From positions 1 to 28,649 of IMG/VR virus record IMGVR_UViG_3300047403_000142: a DNA stretch of 28,649 nucleotides; one strand, given 5' to 3'. Below are positions 16,275-23,976 of the stretch, piece by piece. This DNA comes from a virus (lineage: Duplodnaviria > Caudoviricetes). Under the pieces are notes generated by a model. It was not told the DNA's origin and did no database searches. It saw nothing but the letters and a program-made list of their open reading frames with translations. A program made the translations under genes and the position numbers. Each line of letters starts with the position of its first letter. The stretch's first letter is position 1.

Positions 16275-17149
16275 GTGGCCTTCACGTATTTCGTCGCACG
16301 TTCAAGGATGTTCCCGCGCCACGGCCGGACAACGGACGGTTCCGCCACGATGAGCGTTCCGGCCGCCACCTGCGCGAGATAGTCCGCGCGAGTGGGCGAG
16401 GAGTCCGGCGCGTATGTCTCCGTTTCCTTGCCGCCAGAATCAAGCACCATCGGCGGGTAGAAGATGGAGAAGTCAGACGGCGCGCTAACCTGCGCCGTCA
16501 CTCCGGGAAGCGCGTAGTCATACTGGATGACACAAGGGACGGTGATGCTCCGTGCGTCGCGTGACTGGTCAACGCGCCGGACGGTCAGGTAATATGGCGT
16601 GGACTGGTCTAGGATGATTGACACCGTGAGAGATGAACCCGCCGCGCTGATTGCGGAACGGCCTACCTGCCGAGTGATCTGTGTTCCATTTGAGAGCGTG
16701 ACGGTGTAGATGATGAGGCAATAATCACCGGGCGACATTCCGTGCGCCGCGTCCGTGGTGATGGCCGTTGTCGCGCCGGAGTTTGACGCGCTGATGATGT
16801 TCACGAACGGGTAAAGGTTGCCCTCGCTCAACCCCGGTCGGGTCCAAGAAAGGTTGCTGTATTCCTGACGCGAGTTTGGGATGACTGAATAGGTGCGCGT
16901 CCATTTCGCCACGCCGCCGCCCATGTCCTGCAATGGTGATTCACCAGTGAGATACACGGCCGCGTTGATGCTGCCAAACGCGATAAACTCGGGCGTATCA
17001 AGCGCAAGCGTGTCGTAATTATCGAACAACTGCATGAAATCCTGCTCGTAATAAAGCGAGGTAGGATCGTCTGGAAACGGGTAGGTAATGCGCTTCTTGC
17101 CCGTTGGCGTCGCGACCGTTAAATCACCGTCTGCGTAAATGATGCTCAT
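16271..17149 (-). CDS. Putative distal tail / tail-tip protein
   Basis: Immediately after the tape measure gene with ATGA coupling; inserted 'ITTDAAHGMSPGD' beta-domain motif often seen in virion proteins. Confidence 0.65.
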   Translation of the reverse strand: MSIIYADGDLTVATPTGKKRITYPFPDDPTSLYYEQDFMQLFDNYDTLALDTPEFIAFGSINAAVYLTGESPLQDMGGGVAKWTRTYSVIPNSRQEYSNLSWTRPGLSEGNLYPFVNIISASNSGATTAITTDAAHGMSPGDYCLIIYTVTLSNGTQITRQVGRSAISAAGSSLTVSIILDQSTPYYLTVRRVDQSRDARSITVPCVIQYDYALPGVTAQVSAPSDFSIFYPPMVLDSGGKETETYAPDSSPTRADYLAQVAAGTLIVAEPSVVRPWRGNILERATKYVKAT

Positions 17150-18681
17150 GGGGCGTTCTTTGGGATGACAATCACGCCCTGTTGCACCAGCGTATCTTGA
17201 ATCTCCTTTACGCCGGAAGCGGCCTCGGCAATGCCCTGTTCCATGTTGCGGAATGGGTAGCGTTCGGACATTTGCAAAAACTTGATTCCGCTTCGGATTT
17301 CATCGGCACGATTGAACGCTCGCTTGCTGCGCTCAATATCAAATCCCGCGAACGCCTTCCCCTCTTTGATAAGTCGGTTCACCTCGTATCCCTTTTCAAT
17401 GGCGGCCCTATAAGCTCCTGTGAACCGGCGAGAATCCAGCGCGGTCAACTGCTCGAGTGTCAGCAGGCTCCTTTCCTCTTTAGCCTCCTTCAAGTCCTGT
17501 TGCCGCCGCTGCAAGGTCATTCGCGCGTCCAATAGCCGGTTGACGGCCTGCTGTTCGCGCTCGTTTTCGTTAGCGCGTCGGGCGGATATCTTCACTTCCA
17601 AATCGGCCACGGCGTTCTTGTTCTTTTGAAGATCGATCTGCTTTCGGAGAACGTCGGCCTCGTCCATCTGGTGATTCACCATGTCTAGCTGAAGCTGCTC
17701 CTGCTTGGCATACAAGTCCGCCAGCTTTTCCTCGTCGGAAATGTTCTCCTTCAGCGCGCGGTCAAGCTCCTCGTTCAGCTTCTTCCGTTCATCAGCCGCG
17801 CGTTTCAACTGGTCCGCAGTCATCTGTGCTTGCTGGCCTGTCTCCCCAACGGCGGCGGTGAACCGATTCTCGCCGGCCGTAGCACCGGCGACGATGGTTT
17901 CCCATGTCTTGCCCCAATCCACGCCACGGCCGGAAGCAATGTCCTGTGCCGCCTGTTTGAACGCCACCATTGCCCCGGCCATAGCGCCGAAGATTGCGCC
18001 GTAATAGCGCACAACGAAGCCGAGCGTGTTACGCAGGAAACCGGCGATGAGTCCGAAGCCCTGCTGCAATTCGGAAATGGCCGTCACGTTCGCGGCCGTA
18101 ACCACCAGCCCCAGCTTCTCATAGTCCGCCTGAATCCGGCGCAGAGATTCGGAACCTTCCGCAAGCACGTTGTTAATCGCCGCGCCTTTGCGGCCGAAAA
18201 AATCCATCGCAATCGCCGCCTTGTCCGCGCTGTCGCCCGTGCGCCGGTAGGCGTCGGCTATCTCGTTGAACAGGGCTTGCGCCGTCTTGTAATTGCCGGA
18301 GGCGTCAACCAATGAGATGCCAAGCGCGGCGAACTTCTGCGCCGCCGCCGCACTGCCGCTGCGGGCCTCGCCAATGAGCACGTTGAGCTTTAGCAGCGAT
18401 GCGCCCGCGTCCTCCGCGCTGCCCCCAAACTTCTCCGTGAGATGCTGAAAGGTTTGAAGAAACGAGGTGTCAACGCCCAAGTCCTCGGCGTCGCGTTTCA
18501 ACTGGCGCATCTGCCGGATTGTGTCGGTGATACCGGCCGCGATTGCGCCGAAGCCCAGCGCGCCTTTCAGCGCGTCGAACTTCTCCTGAGCAAAGGAGTT
18601 CATGGACTGGCGCAGGCTCATCAACCCGGCTTCCACGGCCGATTTATCCAACGCCATTCTAAGGGTAACGTCTCCGTTCAT
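17146..18681 (-). CDS. Tail tape measure protein
   Basis: Ala-rich helical protein; FAALGIS..FNEIADAY..AMDFFGRKG TMP pattern; hydrophobic middle; coiled-coil C-terminal half. Confidence 0.85.
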   Translation of the reverse strand: MNGDVTLRMALDKSAVEAGLMSLRQSMNSFAQEKFDALKGALGFGAIAAGITDTIRQMRQLKRDAEDLGVDTSFLQTFQHLTEKFGGSAEDAGASLLKLNVLIGEARSGSAAAAQKFAALGISLVDASGNYKTAQALFNEIADAYRRTGDSADKAAIAMDFFGRKGAAINNVLAEGSESLRRIQADYEKLGLVVTAANVTAISELQQGFGLIAGFLRNTLGFVVRYYGAIFGAMAGAMVAFKQAAQDIASGRGVDWGKTWETIVAGATAGENRFTAAVGETGQQAQMTADQLKRAADERKKLNEELDRALKENISDEEKLADLYAKQEQLQLDMVNHQMDEADVLRKQIDLQKNKNAVADLEVKISARRANENEREQQAVNRLLDARMTLQRRQQDLKEAKEERSLLTLEQLTALDSRRFTGAYRAAIEKGYEVNRLIKEGKAFAGFDIERSKRAFNRADEIRSGIKFLQMSERYPFRNMEQGIAEAASGVKEIQDTLVQQGVIVIPKNAP

Positions 18682-18682
18682 G

Positions 18683-19282
18683 TCAGTTTTGACGGAGCTT
18701 CAGCAAGGCCGCGTGCTTGGCCGCGTCGCTGCGTTGGTTGAACAGTATGGCGTCAGGGTCATTCCGCTGCTTGATGCAACGCAGGTATTGGAACACGCGC
18801 GCGAGCGGCATCCGTAGGATGGTGTCTTCGTCCCAGCCGTATTGGCTGGCGAGAATGTCCACGATGGACGCCAGCCAGCTTGTGAAGGACGGGCCGGACA
18901 CGCCGCCGCCGCACGGTGAGTCTTGAAACGCATCGTCCACCATTGATCTGATTTCGGACACGGCGTTCAGGTAGTTCACGCGGCGGCAACCCTTGATGAA
19001 TGACCGTTTGGTGCGGCATTCACGCGGTTGGAAATCGGGCGAGAGAATCCACAGAAACAAGGCCACGTCCGCCGCGTCCGCGTGCCCGCCGATGACAAAC
19101 GGGGAACGGATGGCTTCGAGAATGACAAGATGCTCGCCGGTCAGTTGGTTGACCGGGATGCCGCAGATGAGCAACGGCGCGCGGATGAACGCGGCCTCGC
19201 GCGTTTCGGTTTCGCGCCGGACTGCCGCAGCTATTTCCGCGTTCGCCTCGGGCGGCAGTCCGGCAATGAAGGCGTCGCTCAT
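18683..19282 (-). CDS. Tail assembly chaperone (G/T-like, single ORF)
   Basis: Between tail tube and TMP; C-terminal LASQYGWDEDTILRMPL resembles T-type chaperone motifs. Confidence 0.7.
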   Translation of the reverse strand: MSDAFIAGLPPEANAEIAAAVRRETETREAAFIRAPLLICGIPVNQLTGEHLVILEAIRSPFVIGGHADAADVALFLWILSPDFQPRECRTKRSFIKGCRRVNYLNAVSEIRSMVDDAFQDSPCGGGVSGPSFTSWLASIVDILASQYGWDEDTILRMPLARVFQYLRCIKQRNDPDAILFNQRSDAAKHAALLKLRQN

Positions 19283-19301
19283 GCCGGGGTAGGCGCGCGG
19301 C

Positions 19302-19655
19302 CTAGTTGATCTTCTTGCGCGCCTGAATCGTGCATTTCTTCAGGCCGGCCTGCTCCTCGGGCTGCGAGACGTTGGTGACGATGAACGTCTCCGCGCCGAT
19401 GGCCGTGCTGACCGTGGTGGTGAACGTCTCGCCCAGCGCGGGGGGGACGGCGGACGCGATCTGAACCGTGGCCGTCGCGGTTACGAAGTCGGCGATGACG
19501 ACTTGCTTGCTCGGCTCGCCGATTTCGTTTTCAACCGCGATGATCTTCGTAGGCCGCTCAACGGAAACCGACTCGGCAACCATCGCGCCGGAAGTTGAGA
19601 AGGTAAGCACGCGCGAGCCATAAGCCGCGCTGCCGTCGTTGTAAATTGCTGCCAT
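19302..19655 (-). CDS. Putative major tail (tube) protein, 117 aa
   Basis: ATG 19655 after the A/C-rich leader AACCAACCAACTAAC; beta-rich T/V/A composition; synteny. Confidence 0.65.
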   Translation of the reverse strand: MAAIYNDGSAAYGSRVLTFSTSGAMVAESVSVERPTKIIAVENEIGEPSKQVVIADFVTATATVQIASAVPPALGETFTTTVSTAIGAETFIVTNVSQPEEQAGLKKCTIQARKKIN

Positions 19656-19730
19656 GTTAGTTGGTTGGTTTCCACCGGGCAACACGCTCCGGCTTACCTA
19701 TGCCAGCGCGTGTATCAGCGTTTTGCCGCG

Positions 19731-19777
19731 TGCTGAAAAGGGCTTGCGTTTTTCAGCAAAGCGGGCAATCTGTTCGC
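19731..19777 (+). promoter_or_regulatory. Candidate sigma70-type promoter with overlapping inverted-repeat operator
   Basis: TTGCGT 19744-19749, 16 bp, CAATCT 19766-19771, then GTG 19778 (possibly leaderless). TGCTGAAAA 19731-19739 and TTTTCAGCA 19750-19758 flank the -35. Confidence 0.4.
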
Positions 19778-20317
19778 GTGAATGCGTTCGCCGCAAAAGA
19801 CTTGATGCACGGCCGTGACTGGCCCGGTTTCGACGTGATCGGCTGGACTGTTACGGAGAAGCTGGACGGGTGCCGCGCGGTATGGACTGGCACACGGTTA
19901 ATCACGCGCACCGGCCGCGCGATTGACGCGCCAGAATGGTTCACGCGCGGGCTTCCGGCGATGGTGTTAGATGGGGAGATATGGGCTGGGCGAGGAGAGT
20001 TCGAGGCCGCGCGGCAGGCGGTTCAGCACGGGCGGTTCAGCGCGGCCTGCGAGTTCGTCGTGTTCGACGCGCCGCTTGTCGGCGGTGACTGGGAGTGTAG
20101 AATCCTCTCCGGGCGTGCTGCGCTATCATCCGCACCATGTGCCTGCGCCGTCCAGTGGACGGTATGCCACGGTATGCCGTGGCTCCGCGAACGGCTGGCA
20201 GCGGTTCAGCGGCTCGGCGGCGAGGGATTGATGGTGCGACGGCCGGGGTCACTTTATGAAGCAGGACGCTCAAGCTCTCTTCTCAAAATCAAGTCGTGGC
20301 GGGGCGCGGCCGAATAG
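19778..20317 (+). CDS. ATP-dependent DNA ligase adenylation domain only (no OB domain)
   Basis: EKLDGCRA (motif I), LDGEIW (III), FVVFDAP (IIIa), EGLMVR (IV), YEAGRS..LLKIK (V), then a stop 7 residues later. Start is GTG 19778 or ATG 19805. Confidence 0.85.
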   Translation: MNAFAAKDLMHGRDWPGFDVIGWTVTEKLDGCRAVWTGTRLITRTGRAIDAPEWFTRGLPAMVLDGEIWAGRGEFEAARQAVQHGRFSAACEFVVFDAPLVGGDWECRILSGRAALSSAPCACAVQWTVCHGMPWLRERLAAVQRLGGEGLMVRRPGSLYEAGRSSSLLKIKSWRGAAE

Positions 20318-20477
20318 CGGCGGACGCCGCGCCGGTTCCGGCCGAAAACGCACGGGCAAAGTCCCGTGGCAGGTGCGGACAACTCCGGCCGTCCGCGCGG
20401 CTTTGAAGCGTGAAGCCCGCAACCTCGGCTTCTCCACGGTTGGCGAGCTAATCAGCGAGCCTTATTCTACGGAGTAG
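20256..20477 (+). CDS. Small basic DNA-binding protein (RGG-R-GSGRK motif plus ribbon-helix-helix-like part)
   Basis: RGGARPNSGGRRAGSGRKRTG followed by WQVRTTPAVRAALKREARNLGFSTVGELI; overlaps the ligase 3' end by 62 nt. Confidence 0.65.
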   Translation: MKQDAQALFSKSSRGGARPNSGGRRAGSGRKRTGKVPWQVRTTPAVRAALKREARNLGFSTVGELISEPYSTE

Positions 20478-20940
20478 GATAAGCGTCATTCCTAATGCAG
20501 AAATCCACGGCGAAACTTACCACGCTGGCGTCATGGTTTTCGTCGGGCTGGATTTCCGGCGACGTGCCCGATTCAAGAATCCGTTCTATGGTGTGATATG
20601 GGAGTAGCACGTCGGTGTTGAACAGGGCGAGCCGTTGCATTAGCCATCTGCACTTGCCCCGGTAGGTCGTGTGGCTCGCGTCATTGCGGCTCCGGTTGGT
20701 GACGATGGCAAGCTGGATTGTGGCGTGCCAAAAGTTGACGAATGGTTCCCCGGCCGCGTCGTAACCGTAGTGCTCTTCCGCCGCGCCGGTAATCATCCGC
20801 ACTTCCACACGCGGTGTCGCAAGGCTGGTGTTCCCGCGCTGGCGAACGGCGGTCAATCCGTTCGCGTTCAGGACGGAGACGACGGCGGATTCAATGGAAT
20901 CCTCGAACTGGAGAAGCTCGTAGTAGTTAGCGGCTGGCAT
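20467..20940 (-). CDS. Putative tail terminator / tail completion protein
   Basis: 157 aa; synteny between neck gene and tail tube; AAAGGA upstream. Confidence 0.65.
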   Translation of the reverse strand: MPAANYYELLQFEDSIESAVVSVLNANGLTAVRQRGNTSLATPRVEVRMITGAAEEHYGYDAAGEPFVNFWHATIQLAIVTNRSRNDASHTTYRGKCRWLMQRLALFNTDVLLPYHTIERILESGTSPEIQPDENHDASVVSFAVDFCIRNDAYPTP

Positions 20941-20952
20941 GGTGTTCCTTTG

Positions 20953-21795
20953 TCAGTATCCGTAGTTCGCCTGCTTGCCCGGCCCATACTTTACCATTCG
21001 CTTGATGTTCTTGGCGATGGCCTCGCCGCGCACGCGCAACGCGGACTTGGCCACGTTGTCAACCTGACGCGCAATGCCGGTGCTGGAATTGTTGATCGTG
21101 ATGGACGGCCGCGATCCGGACAACGATGAAAGGCCGTAGCCGTTCCCGCTGAACTTCGACGAAATCCACTGCGGCACGGCGAGGCTTACGGTGCGCGCCG
21201 CCGCCGTCCAACCGGCTTTCATGTTCCCGACATGGCTTTGCACTTCCTTGAGGTATGCCGAGAACAGGCTCTTTCGGAGAACCATCTTCTCTTGCACCTT
21301 CCAGACGCCGATATTGCTTCCGTCGCGCGCCTTCGTGCGCGGGGTGCGGCCAGTGACCTTGCTACGTTTGCGAAGGTGAAATGCGCGCACTTCATCCAGC
21401 GTGCGGCCGACGTGTTTCCAGTCCACGATTTTCTTCACCTTGGAACGGCTCAAGTAAGTCACGGACACTTCAGGCCCCGGCGTCTTGTCGAGAGAGTCAA
21501 CAAAGTCTGCATAGGTGTCGTCGGCGAACTCAAAGATGTTCCGCAGGTCGCTGGCGACGGCCCTGCGGCCTTGTTCTCTCGCACTGACGGATTCTCCCGC
21601 CTCGCTTGGCAGCGAGTCACCAAAGGCATTGTAGCGAGTTTGCCCGCCGCTCGGCGGGGTGAAGCGGAGCAATGTCTTTACCATCCGCTTTGTCTCCTGT
21701 TCCAGGATGCGGTTGGCCGGAATGCCAAAGCGGAAGTGAAGCTCGTTCAGCCTCGCCGTGAAACCGCTGGTGTCAATGTCGGTCGTGATGGCCAC
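20953..21795 (-). CDS. Putative neck / tail completion protein
   Basis: Basic protein; 'LLRFTPP' and 'VGNMKAGW' patterns; synteny after the head-tail joining gene. Confidence 0.6.
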   Translation of the reverse strand: MAITTDIDTSGFTARLNELHFRFGIPANRILEQETKRMVKTLLRFTPPSGGQTRYNAFGDSLPSEAGESVSAREQGRRAVASDLRNIFEFADDTYADFVDSLDKTPGPEVSVTYLSRSKVKKIVDWKHVGRTLDEVRAFHLRKRSKVTGRTPRTKARDGSNIGVWKVQEKMVLRKSLFSAYLKEVQSHVGNMKAGWTAAARTVSLAVPQWISSKFSGNGYGLSSLSGSRPSITINNSSTGIARQVDNVAKSALRVRGEAIAKNIKRMVKYGPGKQANYGY

Positions 21796-21798
21796 GGG

Positions 21799-22104
21799 TC
21801 AGTTGTCCTTCACCAGTTTCAGGTTCCAAAAGGCAGCGCTCTTGCCGATGTCGGCAATGCGATAGTTCACGCCAGCGATGGTCACAAGCTCATTTGTCGC
21901 CGGGGTCGCGCCGTCGAGTTCGTCAAGAGTGACAACAAGAGATGCGGCATAGCCTGATTCATAGCCTGCATCGCGCATGGGCAGGCTGAACGTGGGGCCG
22001 AATGACACGCGGCCGTTGTAAGTGTCGCCGTCATAGACAAAGGCCGTGGTGTCATCTGACACCATCTCTTCCACGGCTGCACTTATTTCAGTTGTCAGGC
22101 TCAT
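21799..22104 (-). CDS. Head-tail joining (head closure, lambda FII-like) protein
   Basis: 101 aa acidic protein with 'ELVTIAGVNYRI' pattern; follows the capsid gene. Confidence 0.7.
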   Translation of the reverse strand: MSLTTEISAAVEEMVSDDTTAFVYDGDTYNGRVSFGPTFSLPMRDAGYESGYAASLVVTLDELDGATPATNELVTIAGVNYRIADIGKSAAFWNLKLVKDN

Positions 22105-22111
22105 AATACGG

Positions 22112-22147
22112 AAGGGGCGGGCGGTTGCTTAGACCGGCCCGCCCCTT
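22112..22147 (-). terminator. GC-rich hairpin downstream of the capsid gene (terminator/attenuator or mRNA stabiliser)
   Basis: AAGGGGCGGGCGGT 22112-22125 pairs with ACCGGCCCGCCCCTT 22133-22147 (one bulge); the U-tract is weak. Confidence 0.65.
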
Positions 22148-22168
22148 GTTGACTGTGCCTCGGAAGGC

Positions 22169-23971
22169 TTACTGATTTCCAGCGTCGCTCGACACCGCGA
22201 AGCTCTCCGCGTGGCGGACGCCAACATCAGTCCAGAGCTGGACGACGATGCGGACGAGGCCGTTGATGTCACCGCTGTAGGGGTTCACGCTGATGTCGAT
22301 GCCGCCCCAGTCGGCCAGAACGAGCTGGCTGAAGTCGCCGAAAATGACCTTGTTGCTGCTGACGCTGTTCGTGACGGCGGCGCGGTAGCCGTTGACCATG
22401 CCTTCCCCAGGCTGGCTCCCCGAATCCCAAAGGTAGCTCGGGTAGTTGGTGGCCTTCTGGATGCCTTTCCACGCGCCGCGCACGGCGGCGGTGGTGACAT
22501 ATGCGGAGGTCGCAGCATCGGCATTCGCGCTGCCAACAGCGGTTTCAAAAGACACCACGGCCGGCCACGTCGCGGCCCCGCCGAAAGTGACGCTGCCGAC
22601 GCCGCTGGTGTTGACGATGCCCGTGGGCTGGCCGCTCGCGCCGCTGCCCTGCAACGCGGCCGTGTCCTTCGCAATGGCGAGCACGGTCATCAGGTCGTTG
22701 CGGATGAAACCTTCCATGTCCACCGTTGACTGCTGCAAGAGAGTCTTGCTGATCTCCGAATACGCGCCGAGGCGGTGCGGAGTCAGGGCGAGCTGCTCGA
22801 ACGTGCCCTCGCTTTCGGTGATGGCCGCCGTCTCCGCCAGCCAGTAGGCCGTGGCCCCGGTGGCCTGACGCGGGATGGCGACGTTGCCGATCAGACCGGA
22901 GAGGTTGCGCGCCCCGAGCTTGGCCGTCACCATCTTGTTGCGGAGCAGCTCGATGAGTGACGCGCCCAGCACGTCGGTCTGGACGGTGTAGCCGCCCGCC
23001 GAGTTGCTGCCCGCCGTGTAGTCAGCGCGCTTGTGAGTCACCATGTCGTGCGGGATGGTGAAGGTGTTGATGCCGCCCTCGCGCTTGTAGAGCTTCTGCG
23101 CGGCGTCGCTCGCCTCGCGCTCGATGCCGTCCAGCGGCTTGCCGCTCGACAACTGGCGGATGGCCTTCACGACGGAGAAGTTGCGCTTCTCCTTCTCGCT
23201 CATGCCGAGTTCCGCCGACTGCGTGGCAGGCTTGGCGTTGAACTTGTTCTCGAGCACCCACGCGCGGAAGTCCTCGACGGACTTGCCTTCGCCGATGAAG
23301 GTGCGGGCCTCGGTATCGGCCCCGAACTTCGCGCCGATGGCGAGGAGTTCGGAGGTGCGTTTCTGTTCGCCCTTCAGGACTTCGGCGCGGAGCGCGGCGA
23401 GGTCGGGCGCGGTATCGGTAGGAGTGGACATGGTGATTTCAGTGGGTTGAGTGGTTGAGAGTTGTTCCGCACGGCCAACGCCTGCGGCGTTGTCGGCGGG
23501 GATTGATACGAGGGACACTTCCAACGGCGTGAACGCGAGGCGGTAGGCTTCCACGCCGTCCACCTTCTCTTTTCGGATAAGGTCGCCGATCCGGTATCCA
23601 ACCGAAACGGCCGTCCTGATTCCGTCCTTCACGTCTTGAAAGATTTCCTGCGCGCGGGCTGACTTGGAGAACCGCACCACGGCGCGGCCTTTCTTGTCTC
23701 CGGCGTCAATGCGCGCGGACTCAACCACGCCAATCTGGTCATCGGGATTGTGGCCCATGAGCAGCGGCCCTCCAGAGTTGAGGCGGGACAAGTCACACGA
23801 ACCGGGATTGGTATGGTCAAGAATCTCCAAACCAAAGCCGCGTTCAACGGGTGTCTCGCTTGAGAAACAGAGTTCAACCGTGCGCGACTCTTCGTTCAGA
23901 GCGGCGCGATTAAACTCGCACTCACGATAATGAACTTCGGCTGGTGCCTTGAATGTCGGCTTGCGTGCCAT
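22169..23971 (-). CDS. HK97-family prohead protease - major capsid protein fusion
   Basis: Protease motifs LLMGH, AVSVGY, EVSLVSIPAD in aa 1-170; capsid motifs GGYTVQT, AYWLAE, ISKTLLQQS, GQPTGI, IFGDFSQ. Confidence 0.95.
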   Translation of the reverse strand: MARKPTFKAPAEVHYRECEFNRAALNEESRTVELCFSSETPVERGFGLEILDHTNPGSCDLSRLNSGGPLLMGHNPDDQIGVVESARIDAGDKKGRAVVRFSKSARAQEIFQDVKDGIRTAVSVGYRIGDLIRKEKVDGVEAYRLAFTPLEVSLVSIPADNAAGVGRAEQLSTTQPTEITMSTPTDTAPDLAALRAEVLKGEQKRTSELLAIGAKFGADTEARTFIGEGKSVEDFRAWVLENKFNAKPATQSAELGMSEKEKRNFSVVKAIRQLSSGKPLDGIEREASDAAQKLYKREGGINTFTIPHDMVTHKRADYTAGSNSAGGYTVQTDVLGASLIELLRNKMVTAKLGARNLSGLIGNVAIPRQATGATAYWLAETAAITESEGTFEQLALTPHRLGAYSEISKTLLQQSTVDMEGFIRNDLMTVLAIAKDTAALQGSGASGQPTGIVNTSGVGSVTFGGAATWPAVVSFETAVGSANADAATSAYVTTAAVRGAWKGIQKATNYPSYLWDSGSQPGEGMVNGYRAAVTNSVSSNKVIFGDFSQLVLADWGGIDISVNPYSGDINGLVRIVVQLWTDVGVRHAESFAVSSDAGNQ

Positions 23972-23976
23972 GTTAC

